64,000 bases of DNA from a virus, in UHGV virus genome UHGV-0113858, one strand, 5' to 3'. Positions 63,275 to 64,000 of the stretch are shown piece after piece (within the stretch, counting starts at the first letter, position 1; each line of letters opens with the position of its first letter). The notes beneath the pieces were generated by a model that searched no databases, had not been told where the DNA came from, and worked only from the letters and a program-made list of their open reading frames with translations. Made by a program: the position numbers and the translations under genes.

Positions 63275-64000
63275 TTATTTTCCTTCAATAAGCTTAATAT
63301 CTTCAGCGTAGTTGACCTGGAAGTCTGCCATAATTTTCATTATGATAGGCTTTGCCTTCAACAAACGTGCAGGAAGCTTGTCACGGTTGCTCGCAGTGGT
63401 CAACAAAGCCTTACCAAACGCATTTTCCTTAATGAACGACAGGAAGATAGAGCTTACGAAGTCTCGGTTCTGGTCCATAAAGTGGTCGTAAAGATACTGA
63501 AGGAAGTTTCCAGAGAATTCAATAATCTGGTCATCCGTGTAATTGGTATCTGCAATAGCCTTACGCAACCAAATGGCGCCTTCTGAACCCAAAATCCACA
63601 GACTGTCTGATGGAAGGTCTCCAGGATCTTTGGCAGTGCCGTTCATAACGTCTTCGATCGGAACCATATTACGGATCTTGGTGTGGTATGCCCACAGTTC
63701 AGCCATTAAAGGTGTGCCAATGAAGCCCTGAAGGGCCACTTTAGCTAGGTTGGCAGGCAGCAAATTAGCATCGTAATCGTACAATACATCACTGGCGTAA
63801 GTTAAAGTACGCGGTGTGGCGAAAGAAGGACACCCGATATCCAGCATTTCTTCATAGTTTTCAATAGCACTGTTCTTACGAGACAGAAAACCAATGATTG
63901 ACGAATGAATACCGTTCTGCATGGCATAGTCTTCGATGAACACCGATGCGCTATAGGTTAGCTCTACCAGCATCATACGGTTAGCCAAAGGGGCTTCCAG
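63275..64000 (-). CDS. hypothetical protein, 5' end outside the window
   Basis: ORF runs to the window edge; no confident motif. Confidence 0.3.
   Translation of the reverse strand: MEAPLANRMMLVELTYSASVFIEDYAMQNGIHSSIIGFLSRKNSAIENYEEMLDIGCPSFATPRTLTYASDVLYDYDANLLPANLAKVALQGFIGTPLMAELWAYHTKIRNMVPIEDVMNGTAKDPGDLPSDSLWILGSEGAIWLRKAIADTNYTDDQIIEFSGNFLQYLYDHFMDQNRDFVSSIFLSFIKENAFGKALLTTASNRDKLPARLLKAKPIIMKIMADFQVNYAEDIKLIEGK

Noticed and set aside
1-64000. tRNA genes, CRISPR arrays, integrase or repressor-type lysogeny module
   Set aside because: No GGTTCGAAT-type T-loop with acceptor pairing found in the intergenic gaps; no repeat-spacer arrays; no tyrosine/serine recombinase motifs, which is consistent with a virulent phage

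Overview
The window reads as a contiguous stretch of a virulent tailed-phage genome with enterobacterial-type codon usage and a C-terminal tail on its SSB that closely matches host SSB (EPPMDWDEEIPF). I cannot assign it to a named phage from sequence alone. No integrase, CRISPR or tRNA was found. Positions 1-30022 on the + strand are a late structural module. In order: portal (C-terminal end), putative prohead protease, scaffold, decoration protein, major capsid protein; head-tail joining proteins; a sheath-like 498-aa protein and a tube-like protein; a tail chaperone with a programmed -1 frameshift; tape measure; a Mu/P2-like baseplate including a gpV-like spike with an HxH tip, a J-like and an I-like protein; and at least six receptor-binding genes. 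The receptor-binding set includes three proteins that share an 'IKIxELPSA' N-terminal anchor, with a conspicuously GC-rich acquired block in the middle. Several rho-independent terminators and five copies of a TTGnnn-N17-TGnTAAAAT promoter motif punctuate this module. Positions 30068-64000 on the - strand are an early/middle module. It carries an SSB-like protein; a membrane/lipoprotein cluster; a PnuC nicotinamide-riboside transporter; a NadR-like bifunctional NMN adenylyltransferase/ribosylnicotinamide kinase; a 676-aa unknown protein under a consensus sigma70 promoter; a T7-type family-A DNA polymerase interrupted by a group I intron that encodes an HNH homing endonuclease with its own promoter; a primase-helicase; a Dda-like helicase; rIIA/rIIB; a SleB-like lysin; an Rnl2-like RNA ligase; a macro-domain protein; a DUF2829/Tad2-like small protein; and six homing-endonuclease-type genes. 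The most interesting hypothesis is a multi-layer counter-defence set aimed at NAD+-depleting immunity: NR/NMN salvage (PnuC plus NadR), an ADP-ribose-processing macrodomain, and a Tad2-like signal sponge. Product names come from motif recognition by eye; no database search was possible.
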